Assembly (NCBI GenBank): GCA_017612595.1
Contig: JAGAFL010000088.1
Coordinates: 1-54,601 of the forward strand
Direction of reading: 5' to 3'
From: Erysipelotrichaceae bacterium
GTDB taxonomy: Bacteria; Bacillota_I; Bacilli_A; Erysipelotrichales; Erysipelotrichaceae
Length of the DNA stretch: 54,601 nt
Below are positions 10,307 to 19,449 of this stretch, in pieces. Position numbers and translations under genes: made by a program. Within the stretch, counting starts at the first letter, position 1; every line of letters begins with the position of its first letter. The notes beneath the pieces are model-generated. The model was not told where the DNA came from and ran no database searches. It saw only the letters and a program-made list of their open reading frames with translations.

Positions 10307-10317
10307 TGAGGGAAAAC

Positions 10318-10791
10318 ATGGAAGTAGAATTCATGAAGGAAGCGCTGAAGGAAGCCGACAAGGCCTTCAGACTGGGAGAAATACCGGTCGGAGCAGTTGT
10401 GGTGAAAGACGGGCAGATAATCGGCCGCGGACATAACACCAGAGAAAAGGACCAGCAGGCGGCCGGTCATGCAGAAATGACGGCGATCAGGCAGGCCTGC
10501 CGCCGCCTTAACAGCTGGAGACTGGACGGATGTTCCATCTATGTAACGCTGGAACCGTGCCCGATGTGTGCCGGCGCCATCATGCAGGCACGTATCAGCA
10601 GCGTCTGTTTTGCGGTGGAAGATCCGAAAGCGGGGGCTTTCGGGAGCGTGCTTGACCTGTCGGTGGTACAGGGACTGCCGTCATACCCGCTTGTTTATCA
10701 GGGATTATTGGCCGGAGAGGCTAAGAATATGTTGAGTGCGTTCTTCGCGAAAATGCGGGACAAAAGAAACAAAAGGGCAGAAGAAATATAG
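10318..10791 (+). CDS. tadA: tRNA adenosine(34) deaminase TadA
   Basis: I chose the start at ATG 10318, preceded by GAGGGA (10307-10312). CDA motifs HAEMTAI and PCPMCAGA are present. The position upstream of dnaX is conserved. Confidence 0.9.
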   Translation: MEVEFMKEALKEADKAFRLGEIPVGAVVVKDGQIIGRGHNTREKDQQAAGHAEMTAIRQACRRLNSWRLDGCSIYVTLEPCPMCAGAIMQARISSVCFAVEDPKAGAFGSVLDLSVVQGLPSYPLVYQGLLAGEAKNMLSAFFAKMRDKRNKRAEEI

Positions 10792-10814
10792 TATAATAAG
10801 ATTAAGGAGCTACT

Positions 10815-12452
10815 ATGGCATATAAGGCTTTATACAGAAAATACCGGCCGAGCACATTTGATGAGGTTGCAGGGCAGAAAAGCGTCGTTACAACCCTCTT
10901 AAATGCGGTCAACAGCAACAAGCTGGCTCACGCCTATCTTTTCTGCGGCCCGCGGGGCACGGGAAAGACAACAGTCGCAAAGCTGCTGGCCAAGACCATC
11001 AACTGCACTTCCGAGGGGGAAAGGCCGTGCGGAAAATGCCCTAACTGCCTGGAGATCCAGGAGTCAACCTATCCTGACGTCATTGAACTGGACGCCGCCA
11101 GCAACAACGGCGTAGACGAAGTCCGGGAAATAATTGAAAAGGTAAAGTATGCTCCCCTGAACGGGAAGTACAAGGTATATATCATCGACGAGGTCCACAT
11201 GATGACTTCCAGCGCCTTCAATGCGCTGCTGAAGACGCTAGAGGAACCTCCGGAATACTGCATCTTCATTCTGGCTACAACGGAACCTCACAAGGTGCTG
11301 CCAACCATCATTTCCCGCTGTCAGCGGTTTGATTTCAAGAAAATCGATCATCGGGTCATTGAAGGCCGGCTGAGAGAAGTGTGCGAAAAGGAAGAAGTCC
11401 GCTGCAGCGAAGAGGCGGTCTCGCTGATCGCTGAACTGGCAGACGGCGGCATGAGAGATTCTCTCAGCATACTGGATCAGTGCATCGCCTATGCCGGCAA
11501 TGACATAACCGCTGAAAAAGTCGGCGAAGTCTACGGCGTAGCTTCTCTCAGCGAAAAGCTGGGGGTGCTTGATCTGGTAAAGAAAAAGGACGCTGCCGGA
11601 CTTGTTGACCGGATCAACGACATTTCCTCCAGGGGTCTTGACATTCAGAGACTGACCATGGACCTTCTGAACATTGTCAAGGACGCGGTCGTTTACGGCT
11701 ACAGCCGGGATGAAAAGGCTCTTGGCGTTCTCAGTGCTGAACAGGCAAAAAAGCTGACCGTTCAGTTTACGACCGAACAGCTTCTGAGATTCATCGAGAA
11801 TCTTGTTGAAGCACAGGGCCGTTACCGTGATGCCAGCAACGCACTGTCCTACTTTGAAGTCTGCGTTCTGAAGATGATGAACCACGACGAACGGACCGCT
11901 GTTCCACAGCCCGAAGAGCCGGTCTCAGAGACCAGGACAGAACCGAAGCCGAAACCGGTGAAGGAAGAAGAGGAACCGCAGCAGCCTGAATATGTTGAGT
12001 ACACGGATGAAAGACTGTATGAGATCCTTACGCAGGCCAGCAAGGCGATTAAGGAACAGGATCGGGCCGGCATAGCCGGCGCCCTGTTTGCCGATCTTCC
12101 GTTTGAAGAAAACCGGCTGGTAGAACTGGTCAAGGGAGCGGACATCATGGCCAGTTCTCCGGACAACGTGATCCTGGTCGTTGATGACCGCCTTAAGGCC
12201 AACACCATTAACGAGAAAAACAACAAGAAGAAAATTGAAGAACTGTTTTCCTCCTGTCTGGCCACGGGCAAGGATTTCTATGCGATCACCAGAGACCACC
12301 AGGCATTCATGATCAATTATTTCAAGGCGCATAAGAATCAGCCGGCCAGGCCGGCAGAAACGGATCAGCCGCAGGAAGAAGCGGTTCAGGAAGGCGACGA
12401 AAAGCTTGTAAGCCTCTTCGGCAAGGACGGCTTTGACGTAGTAGAGGAGTAA
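10815..12452 (+). CDS. dnaX: DNA polymerase III subunit gamma/tau
   Basis: YRKYRPSTFDEVAGQ, GPRGTGKTT Walker A, the CGKCPNC zinc module, IIDEVHM, SRCQRF, and an acidic/Pro-rich linker. Confidence 0.95.
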   Translation: MAYKALYRKYRPSTFDEVAGQKSVVTTLLNAVNSNKLAHAYLFCGPRGTGKTTVAKLLAKTINCTSEGERPCGKCPNCLEIQESTYPDVIELDAASNNGVDEVREIIEKVKYAPLNGKYKVYIIDEVHMMTSSAFNALLKTLEEPPEYCIFILATTEPHKVLPTIISRCQRFDFKKIDHRVIEGRLREVCEKEEVRCSEEAVSLIAELADGGMRDSLSILDQCIAYAGNDITAEKVGEVYGVASLSEKLGVLDLVKKKDAAGLVDRINDISSRGLDIQRLTMDLLNIVKDAVVYGYSRDEKALGVLSAEQAKKLTVQFTTEQLLRFIENLVEAQGRYRDASNALSYFEVCVLKMMNHDERTAVPQPEEPVSETRTEPKPKPVKEEEEPQQPEYVEYTDERLYEILTQASKAIKEQDRAGIAGALFADLPFEENRLVELVKGADIMASSPDNVILVVDDRLKANTINEKNNKKKIEELFSSCLATGKDFYAITRDHQAFMINYFKAHKNQPARPAETDQPQEEAVQEGDEKLVSLFGKDGFDVVEE

Positions 12453-12453
12453 C

Positions 12454-13047
12454 ATGTACCCATCAGTTCTGGAAAAATTAATAGATTATTTCAAGATGCT
12501 GCCGTCAGTAGGACAGAAGACAGCGGAGCGGTATGCCATGAGAATGCTGGAGATACCGCAGGAGGACGTTGAAAACTTTGCCCATCAGCTGCTGCTGACC
12601 AGGGAAAAGATCACCAGATGCCCGGTTTGCGGCAATCTTGCCGAAGGGGAGCGCTGTGCGATCTGCGCTGACGAAAGCCGCGACCGTACAACCATCTGCG
12701 TTGTTCAGCAGCCGAAGGATGTCGTTGCCATGGAGAAGATGGGCGAATACCGCGGTCTCTACCATGTACTTAACGGTGCCATCTCACCAATGAAGGGCAT
12801 CCTGCCGGATGATCTTAATGTGGCGTCACTGCTGAGCCGGATAGATGAAAACACCAGGGAGATCATCATCGCGACCAACTCGACGGTCGACGGCGACACG
12901 ACAGCCCTATACATTACCAAGATCCTTAAGGACTACCCGCACGTCGCGGTAAGCCGGCTGGCGACCGGACTGCCCATGGGCGGCAATCTGGACTACGCCG
13001 ACGAAGTTACCCTGTCCAGGGCAATGGCGGGACGCATCAGACAGTAG
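12454..13047 (+). CDS. recR: Recombination protein RecR
   Basis: LPSVGQKTAERYA helix-hairpin-helix, a C4 zinc finger CPVCGNL...CAIC, and a Toprim region ICVVQQPKDVVAMEK. Confidence 0.95.
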   Translation: MYPSVLEKLIDYFKMLPSVGQKTAERYAMRMLEIPQEDVENFAHQLLLTREKITRCPVCGNLAEGERCAICADESRDRTTICVVQQPKDVVAMEKMGEYRGLYHVLNGAISPMKGILPDDLNVASLLSRIDENTREIIIATNSTVDGDTTALYITKILKDYPHVAVSRLATGLPMGGNLDYADEVTLSRAMAGRIRQ

Positions 13048-13065
13048 AAAAGAAAGAGGAAAGGC

Positions 13066-13977
13066 ATGGCAGCGATAGCGTACGTTTCTGACGAAAAGAT
13101 GCTGGAATATCACCGCTTTAACGGCTCGCATACGATCGTTTTCTGGCGCCTTTCCACCAAGAAATTCACCGACTTCAAGCCGGGAGATCTGCTGTTTTTC
13201 CTGGCCCGGGACGAAAATAACCGGAGAAAGGAAAAGGGTCTGACCGGCTATGGCTGCTTTGTCAGCGAGTCAAGCCTGTCGATCGACACCATCTGGAAGA
13301 ATTACGGAAGGCAGACCGGATACAATACCCGCAGGGAACTGTACGACGCCATCCGAAAGAGCTGCAAGACCGAAGAAATACCGAAGAAGATCGGATGTCT
13401 GCTACTTGACCGTGTGGTGTTCTTCCAGAGCCCGGTATATCTGTCGTCTCTGGGTTATCAGCTTTCCAACAAGCTGGAAAGCTTCACCTATCTCGACCGT
13501 GATGAAGGAGAGCAGACGCTCAAGATCCTGAACGCTGTCAGGGAGATCGGTCTGGACAGCTGGAGCGCCATGGAAAACGAGACCATGAATGATGAACTGT
13601 TCCAGCAGCAGCTGGTCAGACACCAGATCTCGACCATCCTTCAGAGTTCAGAACCGGAACGGGAGATATCGTCTGCCAAGGCAGAACACATCTATTCCGT
13701 CTTCGCGGAGAAGGATCCGATGTGGATAAACCGGAAGCATAACAGCTTCCTGATCAGAGACCGGATCAACAGGCTGTACTTCCTCTATGACAGTACAGCA
13801 AAAACGGAAAAGGAAAACTATTATAAACTTCTGGGAGAAATGATTTTCCTGAGAGAGACCTTCAGGCAGACCTTCGACGAGGAAATACAGATAATTGTCC
13901 TGACCTTCACCGACCTGAGTGAAAGACAGATAAAGTGCTTGAACGATAATCAAGTAGAGTGTCAGAGAGTATACTGA
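13066..13977 (+). CDS. Uncharacterised protein with a possible PUA/EVE-like N-terminal domain
   Basis: The 303-aa ORF has an SD AGAGGA upstream. It has coding-like composition and no convincing ORF on the opposite strand. I recognise no catalytic motif. The N-terminal pattern is discussed in the findings. Confidence 0.6.
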   Translation: MAAIAYVSDEKMLEYHRFNGSHTIVFWRLSTKKFTDFKPGDLLFFLARDENNRRKEKGLTGYGCFVSESSLSIDTIWKNYGRQTGYNTRRELYDAIRKSCKTEEIPKKIGCLLLDRVVFFQSPVYLSSLGYQLSNKLESFTYLDRDEGEQTLKILNAVREIGLDSWSAMENETMNDELFQQQLVRHQISTILQSSEPEREISSAKAEHIYSVFAEKDPMWINRKHNSFLIRDRINRLYFLYDSTAKTEKENYYKLLGEMIFLRETFRQTFDEEIQIIVLTFTDLSERQIKCLNDNQVECQRVY

Positions 13978-13993
13978 CACTCTTTTCAAACAA

Positions 13994-14018
13994 AAAACAG
14001 AGCGGGGCTCTGTTTTAC
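13994..14018. terminator. Bidirectional terminator between convergent genes
   Basis: A-run, CAGAGC (13998-14003), GGG, GCTCTG (14007-14012), then a T-run. It overlaps the stop of the minus-strand CYTH gene. Confidence 0.55.
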
Positions 14019-14548
14019 TGCTGCGGTTTCGTCTTCAGACAGCGTTTGTACTTGGACCCCCAGCTCTTTTCGTAGCGAAGGTTTTCTCTGGCCAGGATCT
14101 CGTCAAAAGCCTTTCTGTGATCGTGTGGCTTCTTTACTTCATATTCGATCTCATAATCGGTCTGTCCGTTGTAGCTGTTGATGTCAAAGCACAGTTCGGC
14201 AAGACCGGTATCATATACCGCACGGTCGGTGACCATTGAGCCGAGGATCTGATAGGGAGGAAACACGGCAAAATCAGAAAGAGTCTTTCTGATTTCCGGA
14301 TCATCGAAGAAATTGCCGGTAAAGGCTTTTTCATATTCGATGACCTGTCCGTCCCGATGCTGTTTCAGAGTAAACAGTTTCTCGCCAAGGCGTTCTCTGA
14401 TGCGGAAGGCATAGTGCGAGGGGTCTTTGGTAACGAAGTAGGTGTTGACCTGTCTGACGAAATTCAGCGGCTGATAATGGGCGGCCAGTTTTTCAAAATC
14501 CGGCCTGCTTACCAGCGTTTTCAGTTCCAATTCAACTTGGCCTTTCAT
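14015..14548 (-). CDS. CYTH-domain (triphosphate tunnel metalloenzyme, YjbK-like) protein
   Basis: The N-terminal ELELK motif (QVELELKTLV) matches the CYTH ExExK signature, and EIEYEV lies near the C-terminus. It is divergent from NAD kinase, as yjbK and ppnKA are neighbours in B. subtilis. Confidence 0.75.
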   Translation of the reverse strand: MKGQVELELKTLVSRPDFEKLAAHYQPLNFVRQVNTYFVTKDPSHYAFRIRERLGEKLFTLKQHRDGQVIEYEKAFTGNFFDDPEIRKTLSDFAVFPPYQILGSMVTDRAVYDTGLAELCFDINSYNGQTDYEIEYEVKKPHDHRKAFDEILARENLRYEKSWGSKYKRCLKTKPQQ

Positions 14549-14605
14549 ATGGAATAATCACCGTTAGATATGATACAATAATTAATTGAAGAAAGGAATA
14601 AGCCA

Positions 14606-15379
14606 ATGAAAAAGTTCGCGATCGTCTCCCGGGACGACGAAGTTTCCGTAAAGATTTCCGCTACCATACAGAGCCGTCTGCTGGCTGCGGGAATGGAATA
14701 TTCCGAAGAAAGACCGGAAATAGTCTGCGTCGTTGGCGGTGACGGAACGTTTCTTTCGGCGGTCCACAAGTACATTGGCCTTCTGAATCAGGTCGTCTTT
14801 GTCGGCATGCACACCGGTACACTGGGCTTTCTGGCGGATTACACCATCAGACAGATCAGCGAATTCACGGACGACATTGTCAGCAGAACACCGCAGATCG
14901 AAAGAAGAGCCCTGCTTAAGATCCACCTTTCTTCCATTAACAAAGACTGCTACGCTGTCAACGAGCTGCTCATTCAGCGGGCTCACACGCAGCACATCGA
15001 TGTCTACATCAACGACAGGAAACTGGAGACTTTCCACGGCACCGGATTGCTGCTGTCAACGCAGATCGGATCAACGGCCTATAACCGTTCCATCGGCGGC
15101 GCCGTTGTCGAGCCGGGGCTGGAAGTCATGCAGCTGAGCGAGCTGGCCGGCATACATCACCACCATTACCGTTCGCTCAGAAACCCGCTGATTGTTTCCG
15201 GCAGAAATCAGGTCACCTTCACTTCCGATGATTTCAGCGAAGCGATCCTGGCCTTTGACCGCTATGAGATCCAGCTGCCGAAAAAGGAAACGGTCGTCTG
15301 CACCCTGTCCGATCTCAAGGTCCAGTTTGCCCATTACCGGGAAGCTGACTGGGTAGGACACCTTGAGCAGCTGTATTAG
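14606..15379 (+). CDS. nadK: NAD+ kinase
   Basis: The VVGGDGTFL motif, NELLIQR, STAYNRSIGG and a size of about 257 aa. Confidence 0.9.
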   Translation: MKKFAIVSRDDEVSVKISATIQSRLLAAGMEYSEERPEIVCVVGGDGTFLSAVHKYIGLLNQVVFVGMHTGTLGFLADYTIRQISEFTDDIVSRTPQIERRALLKIHLSSINKDCYAVNELLIQRAHTQHIDVYINDRKLETFHGTGLLLSTQIGSTAYNRSIGGAVVEPGLEVMQLSELAGIHHHHYRSLRNPLIVSGRNQVTFTSDDFSEAILAFDRYEIQLPKKETVVCTLSDLKVQFAHYREADWVGHLEQLY

Positions 15380-15400
15380 CTTTAGTTAGGGGAATGAGAA

Positions 15401-16918
15401 ATGAAAAAACACTGGTACGCCCTGCTTGATTCCATGAAGCTGCCGCTGGCGATTCTGCTGATCGGCTATCTTCTGATGGGGCTTAATGTTATAAGCGTAA
15501 AAAACGAACTGATCAGTACGGCGCTGCAGACGCTGGAGTACATCGGCTATGTAATGGTCGATCTGTTTCCGCTGATCGTCATCATTTCCTATTTCGGAAG
15601 GACTTATGAAGATTCGGCTCCGGTAAACGGCGGAATCATCTGTTACCTGATCCTTAACGTAATCACCATGTTCTTCAGCAACGGTTCGCTGGCGGACAGT
15701 TTCTATACTGACCTCTTTACCTTCAGCGTGGACGCTGAGAATACAATAAGACCGCTCAACATGGGTCTGCTTGCTGCCGTCATTGTCATCATCATCGTCA
15801 ACCTGACATACCGCTCCAGCCGCAAGCGCTATAACTACGGCATGCTGCCGTTCATTACCAACGACGTCTGGTTTTTGCTCAGCGCCATTCTGTTTACGCT
15901 GATCGTAGGCGCTCTGATCGTCTGGCAGTATCCGACCGTCGCCCGCTTCACCGTCAAGTGCATGCGGTTTGTGGCCATCAACAACACCAATCCGGCCAGC
16001 ATGTTCCTTTACAGCTTATACGACAAGGTCATGAGCCTTACCGGTCTGCACGGCATCGTTGAGAAGGGTTTCTGGTTCGGCGAGTACGGCGGCAACTGGG
16101 TAAACGGTTCCGGAACAAGCTTTGTCGGCGACGCCAGCATCTGGAATGCCCAGATTGCGGCAGATACGCTGTCCAAGGGCGTTGGCCGTTACGGAACAAA
16201 CTATTACATCGTTAATCTGTTCATGATACCGTCACTTCTTCTGGGATATCTGCTTAACATCCGCGACAAGGTAGAACTGCGGAAATCCTGGGGAACAGTC
16301 CTGTTTGGTCTGATCTGCTCTCTGCTTTGCGGAAGCGCTCTGCCTGTGGAGCTGGCTCTGCTGTTCATCGCGCCGGGTCTGTTGTTCGTTCACGTGATCC
16401 TGTCATCGCTGTCCAGCATGGCTCTGGCCCTGATGGGCGTTCAGCTGGGATTTACCGTAACCGGCAACCCTGATTATACGGCAGCCGGTACCCTTCTGGA
16501 CTTCGTCAAGTATTTCCGCACGGCTTCACTTCATTCCGCAGCCCTGAAGATTCTGCTGGTCGGCGCTGTCTGTTTCGCTGTTTATCAGCTGGCGGTGTTC
16601 CTGTACTACCGCTTCATCTCTCAGGACTTCCTGGACAACGAGGAAGGCAAGAAGGAACTGAAGGATTTTGTCAGAGCACTCGGCGGACTGGAAAACATCA
16701 AGATGATCACTTCTTCCCCGACCAGCGTTATCGTCGTACTGCACGATAACGAGAAACTCGATCCCAAGGCCCTGCTGGAAACCAGAGCATATCTGATCAA
16801 GGAAAGGTATTTCGGCTATCATATTAATTACGGCCCGGGCAGCCCAGCCCTGTGCCGGATGATCAAAAAGGAAATCAGGGAACTCGAAGAAATCAAGAAC
16901 TACCATAAAGAGGCATGA
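15401..16918 (+). CDS. PTS EIIC-EIIB-like membrane protein (glucose/NAG family fold) with degenerate catalytic motifs
   Basis: The protein is polytopic. LCGSALPVELALLFIAPGLLFVHVILS aligns by eye to the PtsG FLTGITEPIEFSFMFVAP region. The C-terminal ALGGLENIKMITSSPTSVIVVLHDNEKLD aligns to the EIIB motif LGGxxNI...CxTRLR but lacks the Cys and both Arg. Confidence 0.65.
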   Translation: MKKHWYALLDSMKLPLAILLIGYLLMGLNVISVKNELISTALQTLEYIGYVMVDLFPLIVIISYFGRTYEDSAPVNGGIICYLILNVITMFFSNGSLADSFYTDLFTFSVDAENTIRPLNMGLLAAVIVIIIVNLTYRSSRKRYNYGMLPFITNDVWFLLSAILFTLIVGALIVWQYPTVARFTVKCMRFVAINNTNPASMFLYSLYDKVMSLTGLHGIVEKGFWFGEYGGNWVNGSGTSFVGDASIWNAQIAADTLSKGVGRYGTNYYIVNLFMIPSLLLGYLLNIRDKVELRKSWGTVLFGLICSLLCGSALPVELALLFIAPGLLFVHVILSSLSSMALALMGVQLGFTVTGNPDYTAAGTLLDFVKYFRTASLHSAALKILLVGAVCFAVYQLAVFLYYRFISQDFLDNEEGKKELKDFVRALGGLENIKMITSSPTSVIVVLHDNEKLDPKALLETRAYLIKERYFGYHINYGPGSPALCRMIKKEIRELEEIKNYHKEA

Positions 16919-19449
16919 ACATGACTCAGCAATACACTCCGATGATGCAGCATTATCTGGAAATAAAAGCCAAGTATCCCGATACTCTGGTTTTTTATCG
17001 TTTAGGCGACTTCTATGAAATGTTCTTCGAAGACGCCAAAACGGCATCACATGAGCTTGATCTGGTTCTGACCGGCCGCAATGCCGGTACGGAAGAACGG
17101 GTGCCGATGTGCGGGGTTCCCTTTCATGCGGTTACCGGATACATTCAGCGGCTTATAAACAAAGGCTATAAGGTTGCCATCGTTGAACAGCTGGAAGATC
17201 CGGCCGAAGCCGTTGGACTGGTAAAGCGCGACGTCATAAAGGTCGTTACTCCCGGCACCATCATGGATGAGCTTACCGACGAACGGGCCAGCGTCTATCT
17301 TGCCGCTTTATGTGACTATCATTACGGATATGCGTTGGCGGTCTGTGAGACAACGACCGGAGAGACCCGCGCGATCAGTCTCAAGCACGACCTCTCCCTG
17401 CTCATTCAGACGCTCATCAGCAACGACGTCAGAGAAATCGTCGTTGCCGGAGACACTGATGAAGCACTCAGAAAGGCCGTGGAAGGAGAGACAGCCATCA
17501 CCGTATCCGTATGTGACGAGACTGACATCGAGGAACAGTATCTGCCGTTATGCGGGCAGATCGAAGAAGTACATCTGCGTCTGGCCATCGGCCGGCTTCT
17601 TAATTATCTGGAAGCCACCCAGAAACGCAGCATGTCACATCTGCGGGAGTTCAGATACAGCGAAAATGAGCAATACCTGGGCATGGACTATTCCACGATC
17701 ACCAACCTGGAGCTCATTCAGCCTTCCCGCAGCAACGTCAAGGCCATCACCCTGTACTCCTTCCTGGACAAGACCAGAAGCGCGATCGGCTCCCGCAAGC
17801 TGAAGAGCTGGATCAGCCGGCCGCTGCGGAACGAAGACAGACTCAATCAGCGCCTCGACATGATCGAATACCTGAACCGCAACTTCCTCAGAAGAGAGGA
17901 ACTCAGGGAAAACCTCAGTGAACTCTATGATATCGAGAGAATTACCGCCAAGATAGCATACGGGAGCGCTAACCCCAAGGACTGCCTGCGTCTGCGGAAG
18001 TCCCTTGAAGTGGCTGATGACATCCTCGCCGTCGTGCACGACAGCAGGCTGTATCCCGAGTATGACGGAATTGACAGCTGCCGCGATGTCTGTGAACTGC
18101 TCAGTGACGCACTGGTCGAAGATCCGCCGCTGCTTCTGAGCGATGGCGGTGTATTCAGAGAAGGATACAACGAGCAGCTCGATGAATATCATCGGATCAC
18201 CGCTGACGGCCAGAGCTGGATAGCGCAGCTGGAACAGCAGGAAAAGGAAAAGACGGGAATAAAGACCCTGAAGATCGGTTATAACCGCGTCTTCGGCTAT
18301 TACATTGAAATATCCAAGGGACAGGTTCCGCTGGTCAAAGAAGAATGGGGATATACCCGCAAGCAGACTCTGACCACCTGTGAGCGCTACATTACCCAGC
18401 AGCTCAAGGAGCAGGAAGACATCATACTTCACGCTCAGGAAAGAGCGGTCAAATTGGAGAGCAGCCTGTTTGCCCAGCTGATCGAACAGCTGAAAAGACG
18501 GATCGGAAGTCTGCAGACTCTGGCAGACTGTCTGGCCGTCACCGACAGCATCTACGCTTTGAGCGTCATCAGCAGCGGACACGGCTACGTGCGTCCGCAG
18601 TATTCCCATGAGGGTGTGATCGACATCAAGGCCGGACGCCATCCGATCCTGGACTCCTTCAAGGATGTCAGGTATGTTGCCAACGACATCTACATGGACG
18701 ATAAAATCAGTTCGCTGATCATAACCGGACCGAACATGGGCGGCAAGAGCACTTACATGCGTCAGTGCGTGCTGCTGGCCATCATGGCTCAGATCGGCTG
18801 TTTCCTGCCGGCCAAGTCGGCTGTCATTCCGATATTTGACCAGATATTCACCCGTATCGGTTCCAACGACGACATTCTGGCCGGACAGTCTACCTTCATG
18901 ATGGAGATGACCGAAGCCAACTACGCCCTGCAGAACGCGACCAGGGACTCGCTGATCATCTTTGATGAGATCGGCCGCGGCACTTCAACCTATGACGGCA
19001 TGGCTCTGGCTCAGGCCATTCTGGAATACATCGACGGAGCCATCGGCGCCAAGATCCTTTTCAGCACGCACTATCATGAACTGACGGCTCTGGAAAACAA
19101 CATGGAGCATGTCCGCAACAAGAACGTTGCCGTGGCTGAAAGCGATGGTAAAATCACCTTCCTCTACAAGGTAAAGGACGGCAAGGCCAACCGCTCATAC
19201 GGCATACACGTAGCCGCCCTGGCCAAGCTTCCGGAAGCGGTGATCGACAGAGCAAAGATGCTGCTGAAGGGCTTTGAGGAAACCCGAAAGCACAATAACG
19301 ATCAGGCTCAGATCGTCATGATGGAAGTCGTTCCCAACGAAGTCCGGGAGATTCAGGACATTCTGAAGAACGCTGACCCGAACAACATGACCCCCATTGA
19401 AGCGCTGCAGCTGGTTGCCCAGCTGAAAGGAAAACTGAAAGATGAGTAA
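16915..19449 (+). CDS. mutS: DNA mismatch repair protein MutS
   Basis: TPMMQHYLEIKAKYPD, FYRLGDFYEMF, GPNMGGKST Walker A, and STFMMEMTE...DEIGRGTSTYDG. Confidence 0.97.
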   Translation: MNMTQQYTPMMQHYLEIKAKYPDTLVFYRLGDFYEMFFEDAKTASHELDLVLTGRNAGTEERVPMCGVPFHAVTGYIQRLINKGYKVAIVEQLEDPAEAVGLVKRDVIKVVTPGTIMDELTDERASVYLAALCDYHYGYALAVCETTTGETRAISLKHDLSLLIQTLISNDVREIVVAGDTDEALRKAVEGETAITVSVCDETDIEEQYLPLCGQIEEVHLRLAIGRLLNYLEATQKRSMSHLREFRYSENEQYLGMDYSTITNLELIQPSRSNVKAITLYSFLDKTRSAIGSRKLKSWISRPLRNEDRLNQRLDMIEYLNRNFLRREELRENLSELYDIERITAKIAYGSANPKDCLRLRKSLEVADDILAVVHDSRLYPEYDGIDSCRDVCELLSDALVEDPPLLLSDGGVFREGYNEQLDEYHRITADGQSWIAQLEQQEKEKTGIKTLKIGYNRVFGYYIEISKGQVPLVKEEWGYTRKQTLTTCERYITQQLKEQEDIILHAQERAVKLESSLFAQLIEQLKRRIGSLQTLADCLAVTDSIYALSVISSGHGYVRPQYSHEGVIDIKAGRHPILDSFKDVRYVANDIYMDDKISSLIITGPNMGGKSTYMRQCVLLAIMAQIGCFLPAKSAVIPIFDQIFTRIGSNDDILAGQSTFMMEMTEANYALQNATRDSLIIFDEIGRGTSTYDGMALAQAILEYIDGAIGAKILFSTHYHELTALENNMEHVRNKNVAVAESDGKITFLYKVKDGKANRSYGIHVAALAKLPEAVIDRAKMLLKGFEETRKHNNDQAQIVMMEVVPNEVREIQDILKNADPNNMTPIEALQLVAQLKGKLKDE

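Noticed and set aside
9013-10470. A 485-aa minus-strand ORF spanning the carboxypeptidase gene, the intergenic palindromes, the SRP RNA and the tadA start
   Set aside because: It runs antisense across a terminator, a promoter and a conserved ncRNA. It has no motifs and is an artefact of stop-codon paucity on the antisense strand.
10815-12452. A check for a programmed frameshift or slippery site in dnaX (the gamma/tau split as in E. coli)
   Set aside because: I saw no A AAA AAG-type heptamer followed by a hairpin in the relevant region. Firmicutes generally make only full-length tau.
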